A stretch of DNA of 38,401 nucleotides from Bilabrum cf. latius (GCA_965178125.1 OZ237778.1:1-38401), one strand, 5' to 3'; counted from the first letter of the stretch, positions 12,876-27,440 are shown. Notes: generated from the letters alone by a model not told the origin. Made by a program: numbers and translations.

Positions 12876-13409
12876 ATGTTTTTTTTTAAAAGAAATATAA
12901 GATTTTATGTTAAAACAGGAAAATTTTGAGTGTGTTTAAAAAAACAACAGGATAAAGAATCAGTGTCCCATATACTTTGTAAATTAAAAAATAAAAATTT
13001 TAGAATTTTACAAAATAAGACAAATTTATATTTTATGGTTAAAAATTTAAATAATGTTTTATTTTGGAAATTATTAGAAATTAACTTATCGAGTTTAAAC
13101 GTTTGATGATATTATAAATTTAAATTAGTAGGTGTAGGTTATAAAATCAATTTCGATCAAACGACTAATATGTTAAATATAGCGTATGGCTATAGTAACT
13201 TACAAAAAGTAGTACTTCCAAAAAGTATTAATTTTTTTGAATTACCTGAACGTCAGTTGTATGGCATAAGTTCTATGAATAAGATGAACTTAATTAACTT
13301 TTTAACAAAATTAGAAAAAATTAGACGATTTGATCCTTATAAAGGTAAGGGTTTAATATTCGAAAATAAATTTTACTTACGTAAAATAAATAAAAAAAAT
13401 GATAAATAA
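12876..13409 (+). CDS. rpl6: Ribosomal protein L6
   Basis: LVGVGYK and IRRFDPYKGKG motifs. Confidence 0.93.
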
Positions 13410-14178
13410 ATCTTCAATTTATGATTCTTTAAATTATAAACATTTGATTTTTACACGTTCAATTATAGGACACACTGCAAGTAAAGTTACACGTTTTATT
13501 AATTCATTTATTACTGGATGACGAGGTAATATAGCAATTTTTGACATTTTTTTAATCCGTATATCATTATTAAATTTCTATATTATTCTGAAATGAAGTG
13601 GATATAGGCGGTTGAATTTGTTATTATATTTAAAAGATCAAAGGTTTTTAAATTTAGTTAACCGTAATTGATTATTACATAATAAGAATTATCACGGTTT
13701 TAATAGAAAAAATAGTTTATTAGGACATATATTTACTTCTCATTCATGATTAGGAGGTATTATTTCGAATTGAAATATATGATATTCTTTCTTTGAAAAT
13801 ATAAAAAATCTTGAAGATAAAAAGATACATGTGTCAAAGAGTGCTCAAAGATATCTACGAAAATCACGAGGTTTATTATTACGTCAAGCACATCCATCAT
13901 ATCCTGATTTAGTCTTATTATTAACTAGTGAAAAAATAGCCTTACAAGAAACTTATATAAATTATGTACCTACAACAGGTATATTAGATAGTGATCTGAC
14001 TACGAAAGGATTTAGTTTTTTTATTCCAGGTAATGATGATTCTGTTGACTTTCAATTATATTTTATAGAATTATTACAAAAAAGTTTACGAGAAGGAAAT
14101 TTATTAGAAACTCAAAACTTCTTTTTTTTTTTTTATTATTATTTAAAAAAATTTATAAATTTAAATGATGCATTTTAA
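13399..14178 (+). CDS. rps2: Ribosomal protein S2
   Basis: IGH, FITGWRGNIAIFD, WLGGIISNW, PDL, GILDSD, IPGNDDS. Confidence 0.93.
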
Positions 14179-17100
14179 ACCAAGATATTCTTTATCTTTT
14201 AAGCTTAAAAGTAAAATTTGATCTTATAAAAATTCTCGTTTAAGGTTATTTGTAGATAAACGAGGAAGACGTTTCTTACGAAAAGGACGAAATCAAAGGA
14301 TTAAACGAGTATTAAAAAATATGAAATGAATGACTATTCGTTGACCTTTTGGTTTAAGTTTGAACTTATTGAACTCTCGCAAAAGACGTAAAAATTATAT
14401 ATTTAGAGCACGTTGAAAGTATAAAAGTTTTTTTTTAAGACAACAAGGTTATAGAAAATCTTTAGGTAAAATTAAATATAGAAGGTTAAAAGTAATGTTT
14501 AAAAATATATTAAATAAAAATTTTTTATTTAAATATTTATCATTTTTAAAAAATATAGAATTGCGTTTAGATATATTATTATATAGATTAAAATTTAGTA
14601 TAACTCCCTTTTCTTCAATAACATTATTAAATAAAAAAATATTTTTACTTAATAATAATTTTAATTATAAGTTTAATTCTGTTTGTAGAATCGGAGACAT
14701 TATATCTATTAATTGAAATTTATGAGAACTAGTTCGTTTTATTTTTTTGAGTAAATTACGAATTCGTTATTTTCGTTTGTTTTTAAACACAAAACGTTTA
14801 AATTTTAAATATAAAAGGTATATAAAAAATTATCAATTGAATTATAAAAATATTAATCTTATTCAATTCAAAAACAATAATAAAAATTTAAAACAATTAA
14901 ATAACCTGATTTACTTTGTAAAAACCAATATTTTAAAAAAAAACTTCAAAAGAAAACTTAAGCATGTGTTAATTAACAAAAAATTAAAGTTTGTGAATTT
15001 AAATTTAAAATTAAATAATATATTAAATAATTACTTCTACTATAAAAGGTTAAAAGTTAAAAATTACAATCTTTTTAAAAATAATTATATAATAAAAAAA
15101 ATTAAGTCAAAAAACTTCAAATATTGATTAAAACGTAAGATAAAACAACAGATTAAGTTTAAAAAAAGTTTTAGAATAATAAAAAAAAAAAAAATATTAA
15201 GTTATAAAAATTTTAATAAAAAGAGCAAATATTTTTGATTAAAACGAAAAAACAAAAAAGTTAAAAAAAAGTTTATTGCTCGTAAATATTACAAATCAAA
15301 ATTTCGCCGGTTAATAAAACAATCAAAAAACTTAACAAAAATAGATTCAAAGGTTTCGTTTGTAAAATGAGATAAATTAAAAAAAAATAAAAAAAAATTA
15401 AAATTATTTAAAGTTTATTTTAAAAATTTTATGAAAATGAAAAAAAGTAAAAAAAATAAAAAACGAATAAAAACTTTAAAATGAAAGTTAAATAGGTATA
15501 ATTATAAGCGTATAAATGTTTCTAAAAAAAAAATTTTATTTTCTTTTTTTAATAACACTTCTCAATGAAAGTTAAAAAAACAAAGATGGTTAAAACACTT
15601 TTGATGAATTTCTAATAAATCTTTTAAAAAGAATAGATTAATAAAAAATTGTACGATTAACAAATTTAAATATAATAAAGTATTTGTAAATAATTTCCAA
15701 AAATTTGAAAATTCGAAAATTTTGTTGACAAAATTATCTAATATACGATACAATATTATTAATAAAAATTTTAATAATAAATTAATTAGTTTAAACGAAA
15801 ATAAATTTAATTTGGATATTTGATCAAAAAATTCAAAACCTATGTTAAAAATAAAAAAAAAACACACATATTTTTTTAAAAATTATATGTTTTTTTTTTT
15901 TTCTATATTTTTTAAAATAAGATTAAGACAGTTTTTTAATTCGATAAATCATAATAAAGAAAAAAACTATAATTATATTAATTCCTTAAAAAAAGTCAAA
16001 GGTAATTCTTTATTTGTTTATTTATTAATTATAAAAATAAATTATTTATTGAAAAAAAAACATACATATTCAATACCTTCAAGATTTATTTTTAACAAGT
16101 TTAACTCTGTAATTAAGTTAAAAAATATGAAAAAAAATAAAGTAGAGAGTGTAAAATTTTCTTTTCGATATAATAAATTAAAAAATGTTTTTAATAATTT
16201 TAAATATTTATTATTTTTATTAAAATTTAAACAATTTATAACTATGAATTTTCGATTAAATTCAAAAAAATTAAACTTAATAGATTTTTATGTTTCTGAT
16301 TTTTTGAATTTAGTAAATAATTTCATAAATAAAATATATATATATTATAAGTATTCAAAAGCTAATTCTTTTTTTTTATTCAATTATTCTTTTTGTAATT
16401 TACGAAAAATTAATCAAAATATTTATTTTATTACTTCATTAATGATAAAAAATTTGACTATTAGAAATAATTATAAATTATTTAAATCGTTGCAACATAC
16501 TAATACTTCGGTGTATAATTCAAAAAATACTGATAATTTAAAAAGTAATATCAAAATATTTTATAGAAATATTTTAAAAGAAATAAAAGAATACAGAAGA
16601 GAAATAAGAAAAGATTTAAAATTAAGAAAAAAATATAAAGCTAAAATTATGAGACCAAAAAAAATAGATAAGTTAACCCTTCAACATTTTATATCAAAAT
16701 TTATTTTAAAAATAACTTATAATAATTTTTTATATAAGTTAAATGTTAAAGAAAAAAAATATTTTTTTAAAAAATTAAAACTTTTAAAACTTTTAAATAC
16801 AAAAAAAAACATTAATATTACGAAAAATTTAACTTTTTATCAAAAAAAAAAAAACAAAAAAAAGATAAAGAATCTTTGATCTTTGAAAGTACAAAAAAAT
16901 AATTTTAACACTAAGATAAATAAACGTTTAAAGAATTTTGAAATATATCCTCAATTCAAACTTTCGAAAGTAAGAAAAAAATTTAAAAAAAGGTTTAAAA
17001 AGAGAAATTTAAAGCAATATATAAAAACAAAGTTATTTTTAAAAAGTAAAAGATTAAAAAAAATGAGTAAAGAAAGAATTCGTAGAAGATTATCATTTCC

Positions 17101-17356
17101 TTTAAATAATGCGAAATCATCTAGATTAAGTCGACATGTTTTATTGAAAAATAAACATATTAAGAAATTTAATTTTGACCTATTGAGTATTAAAATGAAC
17201 AATTGATATTACTTACCTTCATTTATTGAAATGAATTTTGAAATTTTAAACTTTATTATCTTAAGTAATCCTTTAACAGAAAATATTTTAACCGGATTTT
17301 CCTATAATTCATTTTTAAAATCTTATATTAGATTTAATAAACGTCAAGGTTTTTAA
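14165..17356 (+). CDS. rps4: Ribosomal protein S4, giant (1063 aa)
   Basis: IELRLDILLYRLKF...RIGDIISI S4 domain; C-terminal LPSFIEMNFEIL; four track ORFs join in one frame through TGA. Confidence 0.88.
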
Positions 17357-17424
17357 TTTTGTTTATGATTTGAAATTGTCTGTTTTTTTATTGTTGTTTT
17401 TCTATTGAGATCATTCAATAGAAC

Positions 17425-17496
17425 GAGAGTGTAGTTTAATGGCAGAACGTTAGTCTTCAAAACTATATGGTAAAGGTTCGAATCCTTTCTCTCTTG
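17425..17496 (+). tRNA. trnW: tRNA-Trp(TCA), reads UGA
   Basis: Anticodon loop CT-TCA-AA; T arm AAAGG-TTCGAAT-CCTTT. Confidence 0.93.
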
Positions 17497-17503
17497 ATTA
17501 ATT

Positions 17504-17881
17504 ATGTATAATTATATTTCTATATTAGATTCTTTTGAACACACAACATTATTTGTATTTTTATTATCAAGTTTTGGTCTTAGTACTATTCTTTTAATAG
17601 TTTCTTTATTGATAGGTACTCATAATCCATATTACGAAAAAATTTCTGCATATGAGTGTGGGTTTGAGCCTTTTGAAGATGCTCGTAATAAATTCGATGT
17701 AAAATTTTATATCGTTGCTATTTTATTTTTAATTTTTGACGTTGAAGTATTATACTTACTACCTTGATTATTAAATCTACAATATATAGGAATTTATGGA
17801 TTTTGGTCTATGATTTTATTTTTATTATTGTTAGGTTTTGGTTTTATATACGAAGTAGTAAAAGGTGCTTTAGACTGATAA
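17504..17881 (+). CDS. nad3: NADH dehydrogenase subunit 3
   Basis: EKISAYECGFEPF, FLIFDVE, C-terminal KGALDW*. Confidence 0.97.
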
Positions 17882-17902
17882 AATAGAAATTTATGTTTTT
17901 AA

Positions 17903-17974
17903 GGGTATGTAGCTCAGGGGTAGAGCAGTAGACTTTTAATCTATTTGTCTTGGGTTCAATTCCCAACATACTCA
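17903..17974 (+). tRNA. trnK: tRNA-Lys(TTT)
   Basis: Acceptor GGGTATG/CATACTC; anticodon loop CT-TTT-AA. Confidence 0.95.
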
Positions 17975-17980
17975 GTTTTT

Positions 17981-18052
17981 TGAAATATAGCCAAGGGGTA
18001 AGGCATCGATTTTTGGTATCGATATACAAAGGTTCGAATCCTTTTATTTCAA
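17981..18052 (+). tRNA. trnQ: tRNA-Gln(TTG)
   Basis: Acceptor TGAAATA/TATTTCA; arm TCGAT-TTTTGGT-ATCGA. Confidence 0.95.
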
Positions 18053-18063
18053 ATATTGTTGTT

Positions 18064-18136
18064 GGCGGATATAACTCAGGGGTAGAGTAGCGAGCTGTGA
18101 CCTCGAAAGTCGAGGGTTCAAATCCCTCTATTCGCC
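18064..18136 (+). tRNA. trnH: tRNA-His(GTG), encoded G-1
   Basis: G-GCGGATA/TATTCGC-C; anticodon loop CT-GTG-AC. Confidence 0.95.
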
Positions 18137-18143
18137 CTTTTTA

Positions 18144-18215
18144 GTCTTTTTCGTCTAGTGGTTAGGACAATACCTTTTCACGGTATAAACATGAGTTCGA
18201 TTCTCATAAGAGATG
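18144..18215 (+). tRNA. trnE: tRNA-Glu(TTC)
   Basis: Arm ATACC-TTTTCAC-GGTAT; D arm GTCT..AGGAC. Confidence 0.95.
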
Positions 18216-18353
18216 TGTATAATTTTTTATTCTTAAAGAAAAATTTAATATTTGTTTTACTGATACTTTTATAACTATCAATTGTTATCTTTATGAATTA
18301 TATATCGAGAGTTTAAATCGTAAAATGACTTATTAACATTAATTAATATTAAA

Positions 18354-18605
18354 ATGCCTCAATTAGATGGTGAAGCTTTTTTTTCCGATTTTTTATTAAT
18401 TTTAGTATTATTTTTTTTATTACATTCAGAAACAACTATATTTGAAAATTTTATACGTATAAGAGCACGTCAAATTTATTATTTAAAATTAACACTTTTA
18501 ATAAAAAATTTTAATTTAGAAGTAAATATTTTAAATTTATACTTAAAAAGCTATATAAGTAAATTTTTCAAAAAAATAAACAATACATACTTATTTAAAT
18601 TTTAA
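18354..18605 (+). CDS. atp8: ATP synthase subunit 8
   Basis: N-terminal MPQLD followed by a hydrophobic helix and basic tail. Confidence 0.9.
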   Translation: MPQLDGEAFFSDFLLILVLFFLLHSETTIFENFIRIRARQIYYLKLTLLIKNFNLEVNILNLYLKSYISKFFKKINNTYLFKF

Positions 18606-18611
18606 TTAATT

Positions 18612-20372
18612 ATGAAAAAATCTTTTTTTTTATTAAATAAAAAAACAAATGAAAATATAACTGAAGAATCTTTTGAATCTTTATTAGATGATTTATTTCA
18701 ATCTGAATATGAACCTGTAAGTTATGGTTATGTAGAACGCGTTAAAGATGGAGTCGCTTTTATTAGTGGATATGAAAATAGTAGTTTCAGTGAATTAGTA
18801 TCCTTCGTACCTTCTTCTGCACGTTTATCTAGTAAGTCTAGTTCAAATAACGTAGATGGAATGGTAGTTGGTATTGAATCCAATTATATTACTGTTATTA
18901 TTTTAGGTAACGAACGTTTAGTAAAAGAAGGAGATAGAGTATTTCCTAAAGAAACTATTGTAAGTGTCCCTGTAGGTATGGGGCTTTTAGGAAGAGTAAT
19001 TGATCCATTAGGAAATCCTATAGATGATCCAAAAAATAAAATTAATATTAATAAGTCTCCTATAGATAACTTATACAGGGAGTATTATGTAGGTAAACGC
19101 TTACGTGGTTACCAAAGACCCGTAGAGATTATAGCTCCTGGTATTATTGTAAGAAAATCTGTATCCCAACCTTTATTAACTGGAATTAACGCAGTAGATA
19201 GTATGGTTCCTATAGGTTTAGGACAACGTGAATTAATTATTGGTGATAGACAAACAGGAAAAACTGCAATTGGTATAGATACTATATTAAATCAAGCATT
19301 TTTAAATGAATTAGTACGTAATTTATATTATTTAAATAAAGAAAACACTAATGCTTTATTACCTTCTAAAGTTTGTTATTGTATTTATGTAGGTATAGGT
19401 CAAAAACAATCTACTATATCTCGAATTGTACAAACCTTACAAAAATCTAGAACTTTATTCGAAAGAAAAGTGGATAATACTCGTCCTATATACTTTAATG
19501 CATTAAAATATAGTATCGTAGTAGCTTCTATTTCTTCTGATGCTGCTCCTCTACAATTTTTAGCACCTTATACAGGATGTACTGTAGGAGAATTTTTTAG
19601 AGATAATGGTTCTAATTCTGTTATAATATATGACGATTTATCTAAACAAGCAGTTGCTTATAGACAAATGTCTTTATTATTAAGAAGACCTCCAGGCCGT
19701 GAAGCTTATCCAGGAGATGTATTTTACTTACACTCTAGATTATTAGAACGCGCTGCTCAAATGTCTGATGCTGTAGAAGGAGGTACCTTAACAGCATTAC
19801 CAATTATTGAAATTCAAGCAAATGATGTTTCTGGTTATATTGCTACTAATGTAATTTCTATTACTGATGGGCAAATTTTCTTAGAATCTGATTTATTTAA
19901 TCAAGGTATAAGACCTGCTATTAATACAGGTTTATCTGTAAGTCGAGTAGGGTCAGCTGCTCAATTTAAGCCTATGAAACAAATTGCAGGTTCTCTAAAA
20001 TTAGAATTAGCTCAATATAGAGAAGTAATGGAATTCGCTAAATTTGGAGCAAGTTTAGATGCCGAAACTAAACAGCAGTTAAATAGAGGAGCTCGTCTAG
20101 TTGAATTATTGAAACAAGATCAATATATGCCTTTAGATATAGCAACTCAAGTTGTTTATATTTATTTGGGTATTTCTGGAGCATTAGATGTTAGTGAACT
20201 AAATGAAATTAAAGCAATTAAAGAAAAAATAGCATTATATATGTCACGTGATTACAAAAATTCTATGTCTAGTGTAAAATATTTAGAAGCACAAGGACAA
20301 ATTGACAATACGTTTAGACAATTAGTTTTCAATGATTTATTATTTATAAATTTTGAAAACGAATTATCTTAA
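18612..20372 (+). CDS. atp1: ATP synthase F1 subunit alpha (586 aa)
   Basis: [52 protein letters not shown]. Confidence 0.98.
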   Translation: MKKSFFLLNKKTNENITEESFESLLDDLFQSEYEPVSYGYVERVKDGVAFISGYENSSFSELVSFVPSSARLSSKSSSNNVDGMVVGIESNYITVIILGNERLVKEGDRVFPKETIVSVPVGMGLLGRVIDPLGNPIDDPKNKININKSPIDNLYREYYVGKRLRGYQRPVEIIAPGIIVRKSVSQPLLTGINAVDSMVPIGLGQRELIIGDRQTGKTAIGIDTILNQAFLNELVRNLYYLNKENTNALLPSKVCYCIYVGIGQKQSTISRIVQTLQKSRTLFERKVDNTRPIYFNALKYSIVVASISSDAAPLQFLAPYTGCTVGEFFRDNGSNSVIIYDDLSKQAVAYRQMSLLLRRPPGREAYPGDVFYLHSRLLERAAQMSDAVEGGTLTALPIIEIQANDVSGYIATNVISITDGQIFLESDLFNQGIRPAINTGLSVSRVGSAAQFKPMKQIAGSLKLELAQYREVMEFAKFGASLDAETKQQLNRGARLVELLKQDQYMPLDIATQVVYIYLGISGALDVSELNEIKAIKEKIALYMSRDYKNSMSSVKYLEAQGQIDNTFRQLVFNDLLFINFENELS

Positions 20373-20378
20373 TAATAT

Positions 20379-21497
20379 ATGATGTTAAATTTTATTAATT
20401 TATTTAGTCCTTTTGAGGGTTTTAAAAGTCAAGCTTATTATCTTTCTTTATTAAATTTTGAAAATAATAATTTTATTAATATATGAAATTATAATAAGTT
20501 TGGTTATTCTTTTGATAATTTAATTAATATTTCTCAAGTATCTTCTTTTCAATTTTTGATTTTTTTATTATTTATCGTATACGGAACTTTATCTATAAGT
20601 AATTGGTTAAAGGTTAGTTTAATTTTAGAGAATACCTTTGATAAAGTTAAAGAAACTTTTTTAAGTATATTCGTAGCCTCTTTTATTACTATCTTTTTAC
20701 TAAATAGTCAATCAATTTTAAAAGAAACAATGTTACTATTTGATCAGACTAGTAATGTAATACAAATTTCTTCTTTAAAATCTAATTTTTTATTAGTAAC
20801 TGTACAAGAATTTTGATGTTTAAGTAATGCAATCATTGCTTTTTACATTTTAAGTTCTAAAAGTTTAACTAATTTAAAATTATACCCTTCTACATTTGTA
20901 GATGCTTTAAGTGAAAGTTTTTACACTTTTACTTTTAATCTATTCAGTGATATTTTAGGTTTAAAGACAGTAGAAGAAGTTAAGAATCATCAAGTGTTTT
21001 TTTTTAAGATATACGCAATTTTCTTTTTTAACGTCTTTTCAAATTTAGGAGGAATGATTCCTTATTCCATTACTTTTACTAGTCAATTATTTGTAACCTT
21101 TTGTTTAGCTTATTTAGTTTTTTTTGCTTGTACTTATACTATAGTTTCAGAAAAAGGCTTAAAATATTTTTTTAGTTTATTTTTACCTCAAGGGGTTTCT
21201 ATAGGTTTATTATTTTTTTTAATGCCTTTAGAAATGTTATCCTATACTTCACGTGTCGTAAGTTTAGGAGTTCGTTTATTCGTTAATATGATGGCAGGAC
21301 ACGTATTATTAAAAGTTATATCAGGATTTGCTCTTGTAATGATAATTGCTGGAGATTTCATGATTTTAGCTTCATTTTTTCCTGTTTTAGTTTTATTTCT
21401 TTTAACTGTTTTAGAATTAGCAGTTGCTTTAATACAAGCTTATGTATTTACTGTGTTAACATTATTATACTTACGTGACTTTTTTGTTGCACACTAA
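20379..21497 (+). CDS. atp6: ATP synthase subunit a (372 aa, N-proximal insertion)
   Basis: SPFEGF (cf. SPLEQF), NLGGMIPYS, SLGVRLFVNMMAGH, LELAVALIQAYVF. Confidence 0.94.
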
Positions 21498-21512
21498 ATA
21501 TTTTGTATTGTA

Positions 21513-21585
21513 GGGCTAATAGTTCAGTTGGTAGAACACATCGCTCATAACGATGGAGTCGTAAGTTCAAGTCTTACTTAGCCTA
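21513..21585 (+). tRNA. tRNA with CAT anticodon (probably Ile, lysidine type; elongator Met not excluded)
   Basis: Canonical cloverleaf GGGCTAA/TTAGCCT; arm CATCG-CTCATAA-CGATG; identity inferred from the GGGCT acceptor start. Confidence 0.85.
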
Positions 21586-21599
21586 TAAAAACCCAGTAT

Positions 21600-21670
21600 G
21601 GTTATATAGCATAATGGTAATGCAAAAGTTTGCAAAACTTTTAAAAGTGGTTCGATTCCGCTTATAACCT
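21600..21670 (+). tRNA. trnC: tRNA-Cys(GCA)
   Basis: Acceptor GGTTATA/TATAACC, U73; arm AAAGT-TTGCAAA-ACTTT. Confidence 0.94.
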
Positions 21671-21679
21671 TTAAAATTA

Positions 21680-23378
21680 TAATAAAAGCTTATTTTTTTT
21701 TTCGTAGTTGACTAGGTATTTAGGATTGAATGTAAAAAAACAAAAAGTCAAGATTAAATATAAAAATTAAAGTCTTGGATCAATATAATAAATTATTTAG
21801 ATTAAAATAACAATCAAGAGGTGAACTGAAACATCTAATTAACCTTTGAATAAATCAACCGAGTTTCTGTTAGTAGTGGCGAGCGAGGACAGTTAAGTAA
21901 AAAATAAAATTTTTTATGAATCAAAAAAAGGTGTATATTCCTGTAGTAAAAAATTTTATTTTTATTTAAAGTAAAACAATTTATGCGTATTTTGTTTGAA
22001 AATAAGAGATCCGTCTTTTATACTAAAAAAACTAAAATAACCGATAGTGAAGAAGTACTGTAAAGGAAAGTTGAAAGTAAACCCTTGTAAGGAAGTAAAC
22101 CTGTTTTCAGGGTGAAATAGAATCTTAAACGTATAGCTTAATCAGTTGGAGTATTTTATTTATGACAACGTACCTTTTGTATAATGGGCTAGTGAGTTTA
22201 TAAAAAAAGTAAACCTAAATTTTTAATTATGTAGGTAAAGCGAAAGCGAGTTTTAATAGAGCATTTAAATTTTTTTTATAATACCCGAAACTAAGTGATC
22301 TAGTCATGAATAGGTTGATTATAATTTTTATATTATAGGAAGACCGAACTCACGTCTGTAGCAATAGGCGGAGATAATTTGTGATTAGGGGTGAAAGGCC
22401 AATCAAACTTAGATATAGCTGGTTTTTTGCGAAATCTGTTTTAGCAGAGTGTTTTTTATATTTAAAATGAGGTAAAGCACTCAATGGGCAAGGGGGGTGT
22501 TATACTTTACTGAGTTCATGGAAACTTTAAATACATTTTATTAATTAAAAAGCAAACAAACTTTGGGTGCGAAGATCCTAAGTTAAAAGGGAAACAGCCC
22601 AGATTAAAATTTAAGGTCCTCAAATCTTTATTAAGTGAAAAAAGAAAAATATGGTATTGATAATCAAGAGGTAAGCTTGGAAGCAGCTATTCTTTTAAGA
22701 AGACGTAACAGTCCATTGATTAAATCGTATTTTTTTGATAATGTATAGGGGCTAAATAAAGTACCGAAAATTTAATAATATAAAAGTTAAAATTAGGTAG
22801 CAAAATATATCGTATATAGTAGCAATGTGTCATGTGAAAACATAGATTTCATTTCGATAAAAAAAATGCTAGCATGAGTAACGTAAAATGATGCATTAAA
22901 AACATCATCGCCGAAAATTCTAGGTTTTGTTAGGAAGACAGGATAAACCTCTTTTTTAGTTAATCGATTTCTTAATATAAAACGAATGTGTTTTATGATG
23001 ATTAAATTTTTATAAAATATGAACAAAGTTAAATTAAATAAAAACTTTAATTTAACTTTCAAGAAAAAATTTAAAAGTTAAATCGTACTTAAACCGACAC
23101 TGGTGAATAAGTAGAATATACTAAGGCGTACAAGATAATTACATTGAAGGAACTCGGCAAATTAGCTCTGTAACTTCGGGAGAAGGAGTATCTTTTCGAT
23201 TAATGAAAAGATGTCACTAAAGAAAAAGCGGCGACTGTTTATCAAAAACATAGGACTCTGCGAAGTTGAAAAACGATGTATAGGGTCTGACGCCTGCCCG
23301 GTGCTGCAAAATGAAAAAAAAAAGTGCAAGCTTTTTTTATAAATTCCAGTAAACGGCGGCCGTAACTCTGACGGTCCA

Positions 23379-23436
<58 letters not shown>

Positions 23437-23836
23437 CTTTACTGTCTCCAATGTAGGCTTGGTGAAATTGAGATGTCCGTGAAGACGCGGACTTTTTATG
23501 AAGGGACGAGAAGACCCCGTGCACCTTTACTGTAGGTTAAAATTGATTATTTTGATTGATCATGCAGAATAAATGGGAGCTATAAGCATCAGTGAGATAC
23601 CATTTTTTTTTTCTTAATAATCTAATTTATTTAAAGACAGTTTTAATTTGACAGTTTGGCTGGGGCGGCCTCCTCCTAAAAAGTAACGGAGGAGTCCATA
23701 AGATAAGTACAAATTATATATTATTATAATTGAAGAGCATAATGGTATAAACTTATTTAACTGAAAGATAGACATATCGATCAGAGATGAAAGTCGGGCA
23801 TAGTGATCCGATAATACTATACGGAAAGGTTATCGA

Positions 23837-23874
<38 letters not shown>

Positions 23875-24305
23875 GTTTCTTAAGAGTTCATATCAATGGA
23901 AACGTTTGGCACCTCGATGTCGACTCATCATTTCCTGAAGCTGTAGAAGGTTTCAAGGGTTTGGCTGTTCGCCAATTAAAATGGTACGTGAGTTGGGTTC
24001 AGAACGTCGTGAGACAGTTCGGTTTCTATCTTTCATAAAATATAGAAAAAAAAAGAAATTTTATCCTAGTACGAGAGGACCGGATGAAGATAACCTCTAG
24101 TGTATCAATTATGTATTTACGTATAAGTTATATGTATCGTTGAGAAGCCACGTTGTTTTGTTTGATTATTGTTGAAGACATATAAATAAGAAACCGATTC
24201 TTTATTTTTTCTTTATAAAAATTGTAGAAGACTACTACTTTAATAGGCTTAAGGTGTAATATTTGCAAAAATTTTAGCTTTTAAGTACTAATATTTATTT
24301 TTAAT
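21680..24305 (+). rRNA. rnl: Large subunit rRNA (ends approximate)
   Basis: GAACTGAAACATCT, GGTAGCGAAATTCCTTGTCGGGTAAGTTCCGACCTGCATGAA, GGGATAACAGGCTGAT, sarcin-ricin loop AGTACGAGAGGACC. Confidence 0.96.
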
Positions 24306-24361
24306 AATTTATATATTTAATAATATTTTTTTAGAAGTTTAGTTTTAATTTAGTATATATA

Positions 24362-25936
24362 ATGTTACAAAATTATATAAAATTTTATAATTATTTTTTT
24401 CCTTATAGTATAATAATTTTCTGAGTAATCAGTTTTTTTACTCTTTTAACACATATTTTTAATAAAGGTATTCATTTCATAATGTCTTATTTTGATTTTG
24501 GGTCACTTTATTTATTTTTAATGGTTTTTTTACCTTTATTTTCTATTTTATTTATTTTATTATTTACACGTAATAATGTTAAACTAATGTATAAGTATTC
24601 TCTTTGAATCTCAATGATAATTTTCTTATTTAGTTTAGTAGGGTTAAACTTTGTGTCAATAACAGACATTTCTAGTTCTAGATTTTTTTTTTATTTAAGT
24701 CCGTTTACTGAAGTAAAAGTAGAGTTAGGTATTGATGTTTTAAATATTTTTTTTATAATATTAAATAATTTATTTACATTTTTATGTTTTATGTTTGCTT
24801 ATAATAGTAATATAAAAAAAACTGATATGATAATTTATTTATTTTTATTACAATGAGGTGTTAATAGTACATTTTTTGTTTTAGATTTATTCGGTTTTTT
24901 TATATTTTTTGAAAGTACTTTAATTCCTATATTTTTAATGATTTTAATCTATGGTTCTAGAGAACGAAGGGTAAGGGCCTCATTTTTAATTGCATTATAT
25001 ACATTATTTGGTTCAATTTTTTTATTTTTCACCATTTTATATAGTTTATCTAAATTTGGAACCACTAATTTTTATCTATTAAAAAATTTTGAATTAAATT
25101 CAATTGATCAACAATTTTATTGAGTCTGTTTTTTTCTAGGGTTTTCTACTAAAATTCCAATAGTACCCTTACATATATGATTACCAGAAGCTCATGTAGA
25201 AGCACCTACTATAGGTTCTGTATTATTAGCTGTTATTTTATTGAAATTAGGTTCTTATGGAATGTTTAGGTTTATTTTAGAGTTAGTAGCTTTTCAAACA
25301 TATAAATTTAATAATTTTTTTGGTATTTTTTCTATATTAAGTATTTGATTTACTAGTTTAACAGCTTTGAGACAAATAGATTTAAAAAAAATTATTGCAT
25401 ATTCATCTGTTGGGCATATGAATGTGATTATTTTAGGTTTTTTATTTTATAATTCAGAATCTTTAGAAGGTTCTTTATTTCAAATGTTGAGCCATGGTCT
25501 AGTTTCAGGTTCGTTATTTTTTTTAATAGGATCTTTATATTTAAGAGTTAAGGTACGTTCTTTAGAATATTTAGGGGGGTTAATGACTTTATTTCCGTTA
25601 TTTTCGATTTATTTTTTGATATTTTGTATGGCTAATATAAGCTTTCCTGGTACTAGTAGTTTTATCGGTGAATTTTTGATATTTTTCGGTATTTTTAAAG
25701 AATCTTTTATTTATAGTTTTGCAGGTTCTTTAAGTATGGTATTGGGGGCCGGTTTTGTCTTATGAGCATTAAATCGTTTAGTTTTTGGTTCTTTAAAAGA
25801 TATTTACCTTAATATTTTTGTAGATTTAAATCGTTTAGAATTTTTTATGTATTTATTTTTACTAATATTAACCTTTTCATTAGGAATTTACCCTTCTTTT
25901 ATATTAAATTACTTTAGTTTATTTTGATACAATTAA
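24362..25936 (+). CDS. nad4: NADH dehydrogenase subunit 4 (alternative start 24482)
   Basis: [48 protein letters not shown]. Confidence 0.95.
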
Positions 25937-25943
25937 AATTTAA

Positions 25944-27440
<1,497 letters not shown>

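Noticed and set aside
17425-21585. Acanthamoeba-type 5' tRNA editing
   Set aside because: Acceptor positions 1-3 show only G-U wobbles (trnW, trnE, trnK, CAU tRNA) and no true mismatches
22793-23524. Minus-strand ORFs of 89, 120 and 69 aa
   Set aside because: They are antisense to conserved LSU rRNA sequence
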